From Eledone cirrhosa (Eukaryota), in the NCBI GenBank assembly GCA_964016885.1, contig CAXHJY010000488.1, positions 1 to 64,000 on the forward strand: a stretch of DNA of 64,000 nt, read 5' to 3'. The translations under genes were made by a program, and so were the position numbers. Of this stretch, positions 1 through 11,995 are shown one piece after another. Each line of letters begins with the position of its first letter. Within the stretch, counting starts at the first letter, position 1. Under the pieces are notes generated by a model. It worked only from the letters and a program-made list of their open reading frames with translations. It ran no database searches and was not told where the DNA came from.

Positions 1-19
1 CATGTACACATACATACAC

Positions 20-88
20 ATGATGGCTGCCCCCTCGTTATCGAGTATGGCCATTGCACAATAAAAAAAAAAAAAAATAAAATAAAAA

Positions 89-131
<43 letters not shown>

Positions 132-3100
132 GCCACAATAATAATAACGACAACAACAATAATAATATACATATTCATATATATATACACACACACGCAC
201 GCACATAAGCATATCTACACACACACACACACACACAAACACACGATAGCAACTAACAGTGCTGCGATCGAATGTGGCTTTTTAGCCCAGCCAATGATCC
301 AAAATGTCTTGCACAGAGTCGGCAACCAAAACATTTACTGGGAATAGTCGGCTGTGGTTGGAGCTCGTGTACTTTTGCATGTCGCTTGAGTCCTCCTGCT
401 GATTTACATTCTCTACCACATGTTTGGCAAGCATGATGAGTAGCATCTCCAACAGCAGCCTGGTAGTCAACCACTGGTCTTACTTTATGACTGCGAAGAT
501 GACTTTCGAGTCCAGCTTTGCTTAGGCAGAGTCTCGCACAGACGCTGCATGTCAGAAACATAGGAGGACCCTCGCCGTCTGGAAGTGCAACAGCAATACC
601 CTTCCTCACGTCCCGCTTTACTTTCTCGTGTGCGATTCGAGATGCCTCAAAGGCAACTTTTCCCTCATATACAGTCTTTCTCCATTTATTACGATCAGCA
701 GCAATATTTTCCCATGTATCAGCAGAGATGTTAGCGTCTTTCAGAGAGGCCTTCAAGGAATCCTTATACCTCTTTTTTGGTTTATGTGGCGGTCGTTTTC
801 CTTTAACCAACTCTCCATAGAAGAGTTGTTTTGGTATTCTAGAATCCTTCATCCTGGCAAGGTGACCACTCCAACGGAGTCGCTGCTTAAGCACAAGAGC
901 TTCTATACTGTCACACATAGAGCTTTCCAAAATCTCGACATCACTGATGTGGTCCCTCCAGCGAACGCCATGTATCCGTCTGAGACACATCTGATGGAAA
1001 CGCTCCAATTGCTTAAGGTGGCGTCGATATGTGACCCAGGTCTCGCAGGCATAAAGAAGACAAGAGAGTACACATGCCCTGTACACCTTTACCTTTGTCC
1101 TCCTGCATATGTCTCGCCGACCCCAGAGTCGCCTTTCTAGCTTTCCGAAAGCATCACTTGCTTTCCTAATCCTAAGTGAGATTTCACTGTCAAGGTTGCC
1201 GTATCGATTGACAGTGCTTCCCAGGTAGACAAACTGATCAACCACTCCAAGTCGTTTGCCATACACATAGATGTTTGGTTCAGTGTACTGCCTACCAGGT
1301 GCAGGTTGGTACATGACGACGGTTTTCTTGAGACTGACAGTCAAACCCAGGGCAGTGCAAGCGTCAGAAAATACATTCAAAATGTGCTGCATATCACTCT
1401 CTGTGTGCGCTACAAGATCGCAATCATCTGCATACAAGAGGTCTCTTATGACTGATGTAAATACTTTTGTCTTCGCAGCAAAGCGCCTGATGTTAAATAT
1501 GCTGCCTGAGGTTCGATATCGGATGTAAACACCATGCTCGCAATTCCTGAATGCAATACAGAAAACCATTGCAAAGTATATGGCAAACAGGGTCGGTGCT
1601 GGAATATCCCCCTGTTTCACTCCATTTTTTACTGAGACAGGCTCCGATATGTTACCTCCGACATTAACCCAAGCCTTCATGTCGTCATGGAAAGACCTAA
1701 CTAAAGCAAGGAACTTATCAGGGCAACCAAGTTTCTGGAGAACCTTCCACAATGCATCTCTGTTGACAGTATCGAAAGCCTTTGTCAGATCGACAAAAAC
1801 CTGATACAGATCCAAGCCCTGTTCAATGCACTTCTCCTGGAGCTGTCTAGCTGAGAAGATCATATCAGTAGTGCCGCGTCCAACACGAAAACCAGATTGA
1901 CTTTCAGGAAGGACACAATCTGCAATGTGTGTCAGCAGACGGTCCAGAAGCACCCTACATAAAACTTTCCCCACGACAGAAAGCAATGATATACCTCTGT
2001 AGTTCCCACAATCATTCCTGTTACCCTTTCCCTTGTACAAGACCACCATTACCGCATCTCTCCAGTCCTCAGGCACGGATTCATTAGCCCATATCCTTCC
2101 AAACAGAGAGTGAAGATGTTGCAGGAGTCTCTCACCACCATATTGTAGGAGCTCAGCATGTATGCCATCCATACCTGGAGATCTTCCACTGTTCAGCTTC
2201 GAAATAGCCACTGCAACCTCCACAAGTGTCGGAGGCTCTGCGAGAGCTACTTTCACAGGACTTTCCGGAATGAGATTGAGGAAATCTTCACTGACGACAG
2301 ACGGCTGATTCAAAAGATCATCAAAGTGCTCCCGCCACCTTCGTAGAATTCCCTGTGAGTCACGAAGAAGTTCTTTGCCATCCCTGCTGCGAATCGGTGT
2401 CACCAGAGAAGAAGACGGTCCATAAACCTCACGCAAGAGACTGTACAACAGCTTTGTGTTATTGCAATCAGACGCAGTTTGTATCTCACCAGCCTTCTCA
2501 CTCCACCACTGATCCTTCATCTGAGAAAGACTCCGCCTAACACGTGATTTTACATCCCTGAGCTCCTCATGCAACGTATTCCTCTCCTGTGGTCTTGCCG
2601 TCAAGTAGCGTGACAGAGCGCGCCTCTTATCAGCCAACAAGTCATCTATATGCACATCTTTCTCATTAAACCAGTCCTGATGTTTTCTCTGCACCAATCC
2701 CAGAACACGTCTGCCTACATCATAAACCGACTTTTTAAGGGTCGGCCAATCCTCACCAAGATCTGCAGCCTGCATCTCTTCTTCCAATGTCCTCTTCACA
2801 TTTTTATCCTTAAGACGAGCAGCATTCAATCTTTTGGGCAGGGTAACACCAGGAGCCCGGATTTTACGTTTGGTGATTAGATTCACTTTTGCGCGTACCA
2901 GGCGGTGGTCCGTCCAACACTCAGCTCCACGAAGAACACGAACACACCGCACATCCTGTCTGTCACGCATCCTGACTAGGACGTAGTCCAAAAGATGCCA
3001 TTCCTTAGATGCAGGATGCATCCATGTGGTCTTGAATTTGTTCTTTTGTTGGAACATGGTGTTGGTAACACACAGATCCAGCTCCTCACACATCTGCAGC

Positions 3101-3806
3101 AAGAGCATACCATTGCTGTTACACTTTCCCACCCCATGCCTTCCGATTACATTCCATGTGTTAAAATCCCTACCCACTCTAGCATTAAAGTCACCAAGCA
3201 CGATGACTTTGTCTGCCTGAGGGATATTTCTTAAAACACCTTTCAAGGCATGGTAAAAGGACAGTTTTTCTTCATCGACAGAATTCATAGTTGGAGCATA
3301 CACACTCACCAGGGTAGCATATCTTCCCTTGTCCAGCGGAACTCTCATGGACATAAGACGCTCACTAATCCCCACTGGGAATTCTTCCAATTTATTCACC
3401 AGTACAGTCTTAACAGCAAATCCTACCCCAGCCTCTCTTCTGGTTCCTTCATCTCTTCCTTTCCAGAAGAATGTATATTCTCCACAAAATTCCGTAAGAT
3501 GACCATCTCCAGCCAACCTCGTCTCAGACAAAGCCACGATGTCAAGATCGTAACGTCGAAGCTCCTTCGCAACAAGAGCGGTCCTTCGTTCAGGACGCTC
3601 CAAAGAATCCCTGTCAAGCAGCGTCCGTACGTTCCAGCAGCCAAGACTAAATGCCCTGTTTGGCTCTATTACAATGGCACGATGACGGGCGGGCCCAGGT
3701 TGTGATAACTTGGGGCCCCTGCCCTTATTGCCAATGATCTTTTTTGTTCCAGAACCCAAATTGGCAATTATCTCGTTTACATTGTTCTGGAACATCATTG
3801 AATTGG

Positions 3807-3838
<32 letters not shown>

Positions 3839-3843
3839 TAATA

Positions 3844-3878
<35 letters not shown>

Positions 3879-4179
3879 ACACTATTAATAATTATTAATG
3901 CACTCGTGCAATGCCTGTGCGTGACGAATATTTTTAAAGTGAGGAAAGACTGTGCACTGAACCAATCCCACTCTCTGAGCGACAGTAGCTATAACCCGAA
4001 AAGAAGAAAAGATCAACATCATCGGTAACTACTGAGCCGCAGGTTTTATATCGGAGTTAACCCAGTTTCCTGAGATGCCTTCTCCTAGAAGAATACCCTG
4101 ACATGGGCTAGGGGTTCTTCACTCCCAGTGGTTTAACTGCGCGATCGGGCATCCAGCCCCATTATTTCTATGTCCCCGC

Positions 4180-4180
<1 letters not shown>
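20..4180 (-). mobile_element. RTE-clade non-LTR retrotransposon, near full length; both UTRs interrupted by poly(A)/microsatellite blocks
   Basis: Single APE-RT ORF at 253-3798. The 3' terminal hairpin GGCCATACTCGATAACGAGGGGGCAGCCATCATG plus TATG-type tail lies at ~1-58. Segment ~3897-4180 (minus: CACTGGGAG...CCCCTAGC...TCTAGGAGAAGG...AACTCCGATATAAAACCTGC) matches the 5' part of the ~600-bp derivatives. Confidence 0.9.
253..3798 (-). CDS. RTE ORF: APE endonuclease + reverse transcriptase + three C-terminal C2H2 zinc fingers (1181 aa, no stops)
   Basis: APE motifs WNVRTL, LSETR, GDFNARVG, LDYVLV, TDHRLV. RT motifs DLTKAFD, KQGDIPAP, YADD. Fingers CSVC..H..H, CQTC..H..H, CRLC..H..H. Confidence 0.93.
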   Translation of the reverse strand: MMFQNNVNEIIANLGSGTKKIIGNKGRGPKLSQPGPARHRAIVIEPNRAFSLGCWNVRTLLDRDSLERPERRTALVAKELRRYDLDIVALSETRLAGDGHLTEFCGEYTFFWKGRDEGTRREAGVGFAVKTVLVNKLEEFPVGISERLMSMRVPLDKGRYATLVSVYAPTMNSVDEEKLSFYHALKGVLRNIPQADKVIVLGDFNARVGRDFNTWNVIGRHGVGKCNSNGMLLLQMCEELDLCVTNTMFQQKNKFKTTWMHPASKEWHLLDYVLVRMRDRQDVRCVRVLRGAECWTDHRLVRAKVNLITKRKIRAPGVTLPKRLNAARLKDKNVKRTLEEEMQAADLGEDWPTLKKSVYDVGRRVLGLVQRKHQDWFNEKDVHIDDLLADKRRALSRYLTARPQERNTLHEELRDVKSRVRRSLSQMKDQWWSEKAGEIQTASDCNNTKLLYSLLREVYGPSSSLVTPIRSRDGKELLRDSQGILRRWREHFDDLLNQPSVVSEDFLNLIPESPVKVALAEPPTLVEVAVAISKLNSGRSPGMDGIHAELLQYGGERLLQHLHSLFGRIWANESVPEDWRDAVMVVLYKGKGNRNDCGNYRGISLLSVVGKVLCRVLLDRLLTHIADCVLPESQSGFRVGRGTTDMIFSARQLQEKCIEQGLDLYQVFVDLTKAFDTVNRDALWKVLQKLGCPDKFLALVRSFHDDMKAWVNVGGNISEPVSVKNGVKQGDIPAPTLFAIYFAMVFCIAFRNCEHGVYIRYRTSGSIFNIRRFAAKTKVFTSVIRDLLYADDCDLVAHTESDMQHILNVFSDACTALGLTVSLKKTVVMYQPAPGRQYTEPNIYVYGKRLGVVDQFVYLGSTVNRYGNLDSEISLRIRKASDAFGKLERRLWGRRDICRRTKVKVYRACVLSCLLYACETWVTYRRHLKQLERFHQMCLRRIHGVRWRDHISDVEILESSMCDSIEALVLKQRLRWSGHLARMKDSRIPKQLFYGELVKGKRPPHKPKKRYKDSLKASLKDANISADTWENIAADRNKWRKTVYEGKVAFEASRIAHEKVKRDVRKGIAVALPDGEGPPMFLTCSVCARLCLSKAGLESHLRSHKVRPVVDYQAAVGDATHHACQTCGRECKSAGGLKRHAKVHELQPQPTIPSKCFGCRLCARHFGSLAGLKSHIRSQHC

Positions 4181-4213
<33 letters not shown>

Positions 4214-4457
4214 ACTTATTGACACTTATACGTACGACATACACACACACGCATACATATGCGTGCACACAGCAACACTCACACACACAACAAACACACA
4301 CACACGCTACTCTACTCACTTACACGCACACACACACATATATATATATATATTACCGTCATTACTGATACAAGATTACCAGATTATGTCAACTGTTGAC
4401 TTTCAAGAGTTTGTATAGTTGAAGCCGATCGTATTACAGTCCAGTATTACTATAATT

Positions 4458-4563
4458 GCTTTACAGCATAGAGTTATGGCTCTCCACGGAGTCAACAAAA
4501 GAGAGTACCAGCGATGCGCTGGCCAGTCGCTGGATCCGTGCCAAAAGCAGAAAAATTATTATT
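4458..4563 (+). mobile_element. Degenerate, internally deleted copy of the Nin-type SINE
   Basis: GCTTTACAGCATAGAGTTATGGC...GTACCAG...GTGCCAAAAGCAGAAAAATTATTATT matches the reverse complement of the 27.7-31.7 kb SINE units. Confidence 0.5.
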
Positions 4564-4724
4564 AAAGTTGTTCTTAAGGCCAGGTCGCTGGTGATGGTGA
4601 TGGCGACGGCGGCGGTGGTGGTGGTGGCAGTTGATGTTGTTGTTCTGTTGTGTGTGTGTGTGTGTGTGTGTGTTTTGTTATTTTGAGTTTTTTTTTTTTT
4701 TTTTTTTTTTTCCTTTTTTTTTTC

Positions 4725-5979
4725 CTACACATACACATACATGTACACATACATACATAAATGTACACATACATACACATACATACATGTACATACACAT
4801 ACATACATCTACACATACATACACATACATACATACATGTACACATACATACATACATGTACACATACATACACATACATATATGTACTCATACATACAC
4901 ATACATGTACACATACATACACATACATGTACACACACATACACATACATACATGTACACATACATACATGTACACATACACATACATACATGTATACAT
5001 ACATACATATATATACATGTACACATACATACATACATACATGTACACATACATACATGTATACACATACATGTACACATATATACACATACATACACGT
5101 ACACATACACATACATAAATGTACACACACACACACATACATACATACATACATGTACACATACATACACATATATACACGTACACATACATACACATAC
5201 ATACATGTACACATACATACATGTACACATACATACACATACATACATGTACACGGACATACATACATGTACATATACATACACATACATACATGTACAC
5301 ATACATACACATATTTACATGTACACATACATACATACATACATGTACACATGCATACACATACATACATGTATACACACATACACATACATACATGTAA
5401 ACATACATACACATACATACACGTACATATACATACACATACATACATATACACATACATACATGTACACATACATACATGTACACATACATACACCTAC
5501 ATACATACATGTACACATACATACACATACATACATGTACACATACATACACATACATCCATGTACACACACATACACATATCTACTTGTACACACACAT
5601 ACACATACATACATACATATATACATACACTCATACACATGCATACATGTACACACACATCATACACATACCTACATGTACCCACACATCCACTCACATA
5701 CATATATATATAAACATAAACACAAACATACATACACACATCCACATATATACATACATGCACCCACATACACACATACATATCCACATATATACATACA
5801 TACATACATATCCACATATCCACATATATACATATACACTCATATATATATACATCCACATACATACACACATACCTACATACGTACATCCACATACATA
5901 CACACACACATACCTACATATGTGGTGAGATATTAATAAAAAATAAAACAGAATGCACTTATACACACACTTCCTCTCT

Positions 5980-6048
<69 letters not shown>

Positions 6049-6175
6049 CCTCTCTCTCTCTCTCTCCCTCTCTCTCTCGCTCTCTCTCAAAAACACACAT
6101 ACACACTCTCTGTCTAACACCCTTTCTCTCTCTTTCACACATACACTCTCTCACATACATACACACTCTCTCACA
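4725..6175. repeat. Compound (TACA/CA/CATG) microsatellite followed by (CT)n
   Basis: Direct inspection; the His/Thr/Tyr ORFs here are repeat translations. Confidence 0.95.
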
Positions 6176-6195
6176 TGTATGTATGTATAAATGTA

Positions 6196-6770
6196 TGTCT
6201 CATGGTCGGGTCGTTGGCGATTAAACTGGCAACCCCACCAAGGTTTCTTGGTGAGGAGGGTGACTTTGGACATCCTGCAGGACTAAAAACAAAACCTGTC
6301 AAAGGGCAAAGGAGCTCTTAAGAGTCAATGGCCATCCAAAATCACTGGGAGAGATGACCCCTTAGCTTTTGTCAAGGCAGAATTCTAGGAGAAGGAAAAC
6401 TCTGATATAATACCTGCAACCCTGATGGTATCCAATGATGTTGACTTGTTCTTCTTTTTGGTAAATATCATCTTTATTAAGAGAGTGGGACTGGCTTTGT
6501 GCAGTGCCTTTGCTCACTATAAAAGCTTCACGGCACAGGCATTGCTTTATGTCTGGAGATCTCTCTGCACTTGTCATCACATGGTACCATGGGCCCAGCA
6601 CTATGTGTCAATAATTGTCACAAGTGTAGTGTTTGTACCGGAGTTTTCAAGTCGCTGGCTGGACTAAAAAGTCACACTCGTTCAGCGCATCGGTAGGGGT
6701 TCTCCTACATGGATATAAAGTAGTGGCCGTACTCGAAAACGAGTTGGCAGCCACCATGTATGTATGTATG
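6196..6770 (+). mobile_element. Non-autonomous bipartite RTE derivative, copy 1 (slightly 5'-truncated)
   Basis: RTE 5'UTR-like head. Remnant finger [25 protein letters not shown] at 6619-6696. Terminal hairpin CTCG-AAAA-CGAG and (TATG)n tail. Confidence 0.8.
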
Positions 6771-7322
6771 TCCTCGTTTTATAATTTAATAAATTTATTA
6801 TAGAGAGAGTTTCTAACATAGACACAAGACTGTCTCATTGGAATTTACACAACATCAACTAGGTAGATATGTATGCATGTCTGCATGTCTGCATGTGTAG
6901 ATATAGATGTTATTGTATGTGTGGATGTGGATGTTTTGAGTTATATGTGTGCATGTGTATATGGTTTGTATCTGTACAAGTGTATATGCAGTTATTAGAT
7001 GCAGAATTTTTGGAATGTTTTACATATTTTTACTGTTCCATTAATGGATTCTACTTGTAATTTCCTAACTAGCTGTGTTCTTTCTGTTCCTGTGAAGCCT
7101 AGCTTCTCAAGATTTGTATCGGGCCAGTTACTAACATACCCCGGTGCCCCAATAATCACAGGTATAAATCTGAAGGTATAGTAAGATTTCTCATTAGTTC
7201 TGCATAAATATTCTCCCTTTCGCTAATCTTTAATATTATATTGACATCTGCTGGGCAGCTAACTTCCACTACTGTGTATGCCTTCTTTTCCATGTCCCAT
7301 ATCATTATATCTGGTCTGTTTA
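6771..7322 (-). mobile_element. 5'-truncated RLE-type (R4/Dong-like) non-LTR fragment
   Basis: The minus strand encodes NRPDIMIWD..VEVSCPAD..IPVIIGAPG..GTVKICKTF (RLE C-terminus) with disruptions; flanked by (TATG)n. Confidence 0.75.
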
Positions 7323-7391
7323 TGATGTATGTATGTATGTATGTATGTATGTATGTATGTATGTATGTATGTATGTATGTATGTATGTATG

Positions 7392-7722
7392 TTCTTCTGG
7401 TTTTATAATTTCACAAATTTTTTTTCCCAATAGAGAGGGAGTCGGTTTCTAACATAGACACAAGACTCTCTCATTAGAATTTACACAACATCAACTAGGT
7501 AGATATGTATGCATGCATGCATGCATTTTTAGATAGGTATGTTTTGAGTTGTATGTGTGCATGTGTGTATGCTTTGTATCTGTACATGTGTATATGCAGT
7601 TATTAGATGCAACATTTTTGGAATGTTTTACATATTTTTACTGTTCCATTAATGGATTGTACTTGTAATTTCCTAACTAGTTGTGTTCTTTCTGTTCCTG
7701 TGAAGCCCAGCTTCTCAAGAAT
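7392..7722 (-). mobile_element. Second, shorter 3' fragment of the same RLE family
   Basis: Close similarity to 6775-7110. Confidence 0.7.
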
Positions 7723-7749
7723 ATATGTATGTATGTAAGTATGTATGTA

Positions 7750-8300
7750 TGGCGACCACCAGAAAAACCAAAAATGCAGTACCAGGGCTGTGTCAGGAGC
7801 ACCTTGGCTTGTACTGGAATTTCATCTGACAAATGGGAGAAAATGACTGAGGAGCGTGTGAAGTGGAGACGTTTAATCAAGTCAGGTAGTGAACACTTTG
7901 AAACTCGTCGAAGAGAACACACCTAACACTGAAAGTAAGGCGAGGAAAGGAGACTGTCGTGAACTGCCTGCTGTTGAACATCATCTGGTTTGGCAGATGT
8001 ATCTGATAAGATACAAACAAAGTCATATCAGTAGACATGAGGTAGATTATGATCTGAAAAGGTGTAAGGAATGTGGCAAGGAAAGTGCTAGCATGGGAGG
8101 TCTTAAAAGACATATAATAACACACAGCCAGAACAAAGCAATAGAAAGTACCAGAAGAGCCTACAGTTGCCATGTATGTGCCAGGGGATGCAAGTCTTTG
8201 GCTGGTTTAAAGAGCCACATTCGTGCCTCACATTTGTGAGCATTTTATCGGGCGATGGCAATGCTTGAACACGAATTTGCAGCCATCATGTATGTAATGT
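7750..8300 (+). mobile_element. Degraded 3' fragment of another RTE family with C2H2 fingers
   Basis: RPPEKPKMQY..WE..KWR in one frame. CKECGKESASMGGLKRHIITH and [22 protein letters not shown]. Ends GCAGCCATCATGTATG. Confidence 0.8.
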
Positions 8301-8335
8301 ATGTATGTATATATGTATGTGTGTGAGTATATATG

Positions 8336-8426
<91 letters not shown>

Positions 8427-8929
8427 ATACTTGGGGAGGGTCATATTTGTGTAATATTGCCAGAATTAATAACAGAACACACTCACTGTTTGGTTGGTTT
8501 TCACTTCTCGCTGTCTTTTATATCTGTAATCTAACTTACTCGGTCCTCAATGTTGCCATTGACTGACCGACGGTCAAAAATGATACAGATACAATATAGA
8601 CACAAACACATATATATAGTTTACATAATTTACATAAATCTTTCGTTGCACATCTGCAACATCGTCAGTGGTGTTATATTTTCCTCCTGTTGTGTTGTAT
8701 GTCTACGCAATTTTTTATTCAGTCTGTCTATATATTTATTTATTTATTTGCTTGTTTGTTTATTTTATTTTGTCTTCTTTGCGCATGCGTTTGCGTGTGT
8801 GTATAGTGTTATGTTTGCTGTGTGACTAGTGTGTATAATGTTGTGTTTGCTGGGTGACTAGTGTGTGTTTATGTGCTTGTTGTTATTGTGCTTGTGTATG
8901 TATTTATTTATCTTATTTTATTTACTTAT

Positions 8930-10099
8930 TTATACTTCTCTTAGGTCAGTGTTGTTTGTTTGGGTGTTGTTGTTATTCCACTCATTCTTTCTGTTTAGCT
9001 TTGGTCTTCTAATTTCTATTTCACTGGCCTCTCTGATTTGCCTATCTGCTGGGTCATTTCTATGTTTAGATATTATTCTAATTTCTATGTTGTCTATGTT
9101 ACCGTCATGTTGTTGTCTAGCATGTTCGTATAGTACTGACCCGTTTTTTCGTCCTTTTAGTTCCCCCCAGTGTTGGTCTATCCTTTCACCTATGCTACGA
9201 GCTGTCTCACCTATGTATGTTGTTGTCATGTTTCTGCAAGTACCCTCTGTACATCTTATGCTATAGACTACGTTTCTAGTTTTACAGTTTATCCGGGGGT
9301 TCACCTTACATATGATACATTTCCTATTGGTACAGTGGGTTTTCTTAAAAGGGTAGGTTTTGCTGATCAGGGATTTTATGGTGGTTCCTGGCTTTTCTAC
9401 CACCTTTATTTTTAAGTGGGTCTTTCTCAGGGCCTTTCTACACTGGTTAGCTAATTTCCCTCCAGGGGTGGCGTCCACAAACATGACACTCTGGTATCTC
9501 TGGTTGTCGTACCATGATGTGGCTTTCCCTATCTTATGTCTAGCCCTATCTAAGCTATTCCATGATTTGCTCCTGTATAATGGGCAAATTCCTTTCATGT
9601 CCAGTTCTATGAGGGTCTTATACTTTTCCATGGCTCCTTCGTATACTCTGACTCTGTCTCTTTGGTTGTAGCCAGAGAACTGCATGCGGTTGATGAAGTG
9701 TTGGATGTGTCTTTCCATTTCTGTTGGGTCGCACATGCTAGACACATTCTTCATCACTCGTACCAAATCTGCGATCAGAATATTAAACTTAGCACTACTG
9801 GACATTGCTGAGTTTTTGAGTATCAGGTATTTAGAGGCCATGGGTTTAGCATAGTGTGAGTGGAGAATTTGGGCTCTCTCGTCTATAGTGTTAATCCAGA
9901 GTTCTGTGTCTAATACAGGTAGTCTATCGTTAGGGTGTTTGGAAGGGAAGTCGATAGTTACAGTTATACTCTGGTGTATGGAATTAGCTATCTGCTGGAT
10001 GTTTTCCATCGTGCTACGTTCTAAATTAAACTTGTTAGTGCTCTCTAGTGGGGGTGTTCTTATAACTATATTGATATCGTCTACATAACGAGAGTACAT
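8930..10099 (-). CDS. 5'-truncated PLE ORF: RT C-terminus, thumb, Cys linker, GIY-YIG endonuclease
   Basis: RYVDD; HYAKP..SAM; CTNRKCIIC..C; NVVYSIRC..YIGETAR; E..I..LN. Confidence 0.85.
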   Translation of the reverse strand: MYSRYVDDINIVIRTPPLESTNKFNLERSTMENIQQIANSIHQSITVTIDFPSKHPNDRLPVLDTELWINTIDERAQILHSHYAKPMASKYLILKNSAMSSSAKFNILIADLVRVMKNVSSMCDPTEMERHIQHFINRMQFSGYNQRDRVRVYEGAMEKYKTLIELDMKGICPLYRSKSWNSLDRARHKIGKATSWYDNQRYQSVMFVDATPGGKLANQCRKALRKTHLKIKVVEKPGTTIKSLISKTYPFKKTHCTNRKCIICKVNPRINCKTRNVVYSIRCTEGTCRNMTTTYIGETARSIGERIDQHWGELKGRKNGSVLYEHARQQHDGNIDNIEIRIISKHRNDPADRQIREASEIEIRRPKLNRKNEWNNNNTQTNNTDLREV

Positions 10100-10385
10100 G
10101 ATGAGGTCTATGGAGCTGTGTAGAATTTACCAATGACCACACAGTAAATATCTATGGGAACACTTTAATCAGTGAACAAGAACAACAAATCCTATGGTTA
10201 CCACCAAAATTTGCCATCTACAAAAAGATTAACCCTGTGGAGTGCAAAACGGAGCTGGAAAAGTGTTTCACAAAAATACGTTGGAATGCAAAGGTAAACA
10301 ACAACAACAATAATAACGGTAGTAGTAATATAAACAATAACTCTGGGTATAGAAATAACATAAGTTTAATATTCTGATCGCAGAT

Positions 10386-11222
10386 TTGGTACGAGTGATG
10401 AAGAATGTGTCCAGCATGTGCGACCCAAAAGAAATGGAAAGACATATCCAACACTTCATCAAGCGCATGCAGTTCTCTGGCTACAACCAAAGAGACAGAG
10501 TCAGAGTATACGAAGGAGCCATGGAAAAGTATAAGACCCTCATAGAACTGGACATGAAAGGAATTTGCCCATTATACAGGAGCAAATCATGGAATAGCTT
10601 AGATAGGGCTAGGCATAAGATAGGGAAAGCCACATCATGGTACGACAACCAGAGATACCAGAGTGTCATGTTTGTGGACGCCACCCCTGGAGGGAAATTA
10701 GCTAACCAGTGTAGAAAGGCCCTGAGAAAGACCCACTTAAAAATAAAGGTGGTAGAAAAGCCAGGAACCACCATAAAATCCCTGATCAGCAAAACCTACC
10801 CTTTTAAGAAAACCCACTGTACCAATAGGAAATGTATCATATGTAAGGTGAACCTCCGGATAAACTGTAAAACTAGAAACGTAGTCTATAGCATAAGATG
10901 TACAGAGGGTACTTGCAGAAACATGACAACAACATACATAGGTGAGACAGCTCGTAGCATAGGTGAAAGGATAGACCAACACTGGGGGGAACTAAAAGGA
11001 CGAAAAAACGGGTCAGTACTATACGAACATGCTAGACAACAACATGACGGTAACATAGACAACATAGAAATTAGAATAATATCTAAACATAGAAATGACC
11101 CAGCAGATAGGCAAATCAGAGAGGCCAGTGAAATAGAAATTAGAAGACCAAAGCTAAACAGAAAGAATGAGTGGAATAACAACAACACCCAAACAAACAA
11201 CACTGACCTAAGAGAAGTATAA
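10386..11222 (+). CDS. Inverted, shorter copy of the PLE ORF (thumb + GIY-YIG)
   Basis: Nearly identical translation to the C-terminal ~278 aa of 8930-10099. Confidence 0.8.
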   Translation: MVRVMKNVSSMCDPKEMERHIQHFIKRMQFSGYNQRDRVRVYEGAMEKYKTLIELDMKGICPLYRSKSWNSLDRARHKIGKATSWYDNQRYQSVMFVDATPGGKLANQCRKALRKTHLKIKVVEKPGTTIKSLISKTYPFKKTHCTNRKCIICKVNLRINCKTRNVVYSIRCTEGTCRNMTTTYIGETARSIGERIDQHWGELKGRKNGSVLYEHARQQHDGNIDNIEIRIISKHRNDPADRQIREASEIEIRRPKLNRKNEWNNNNTQTNNTDLREV

Positions 11223-11472
11223 ATAAGTAAATAAAATAAGATAAATAAATACATACACAAGCAAAATAACAACAAGCACATAAACACACACTAGTCACCC
11301 AGCAAACATAACACTATACACACTAGTCACACAGCAAACATAACACTATACACACACGCAAACGCATGCGCAAAGAAGACAAAATAAAATAAACAAACAA
11401 GCAAATAAATAAATAAATATATAGACAGACTGAATAAAAAATGGCGTAGACATACAACACAACAGGAGGAAA

Positions 11473-11529
11473 ATATAACACCACTGACGATGTTGCAGAT
11501 GTGCAACGAAAGATTTATGTAAATTATGT
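11473..11529 (+). ncRNA. Candidate minimal type I hammerhead ribozyme in the PLE 3'UTR (mirror copy 8623-8679, minus)
   Basis: CUGACGA-U-GUUGCA(GAUG)UGCAAC-GAA-AGAUUU-A. Proximal stem I is weak (2 bp), with distal AUAUAA/UUAUGU. Confidence 0.55.
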
Positions 11530-11773
11530 AAACTATATATATGTGTTTGTGTCTATATTGTATCTGTATTATTTTTGACCGTCGGTCAGTCAATGGCAAC
11601 ATTGAGGACCGAGTAAGTTAGATTACAGATATAAAAGACAGCGAGAAGCGAAAACCAACCAAACAGTGAGTGTGTTCTGTTATTAATTCTGGCAATATTA
11701 CACAAATATGACCCTCCCCAAGTATAACAATATTTGTTTCGACACACGATTTCATATAAAAAACCTCGCTAAA

Positions 11774-11824
<51 letters not shown>

Positions 11825-11961
11825 CTAACGATCAACTTTCGTCAAATCGGACCGAGGAAACAGTGTTTCCATTGTTCTTTCCAATTGCTAATACTATCTA
11901 TCGGTCGCAACTCCAGGTAGAAGGAGCAACGTGAAATAAAGTGTCTTGCTCAAGGACATAA

Positions 11962-11992
<31 letters not shown>

Positions 11993-11995
<3 letters not shown>

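Larger units (their letters stand above)
8421..11777. mobile_element. Penelope-like element as a head-to-head inverted pair (arms ~8421-9787 and ~10365-11731) flanked by (TA)n
   Basis: Near-identical inverted ORFs and 3'UTRs. The right arm has a ~45-nt extra 3' extension. Confidence 0.88.

Noticed and set aside
4574-5966. His/Thr/Tyr- and Cys/Val/Met-rich ORFs (also 29063-30931, 35414-36157, 38748-39371)
   Set aside because: These are translations of microsatellites.
6362-6667. Recurrent 79-80 aa ORFs in the ~600-bp repeat copies
   Set aside because: They recur only because the DNA is repeated; they have no domain features, and the real coding remnant is in another frame.
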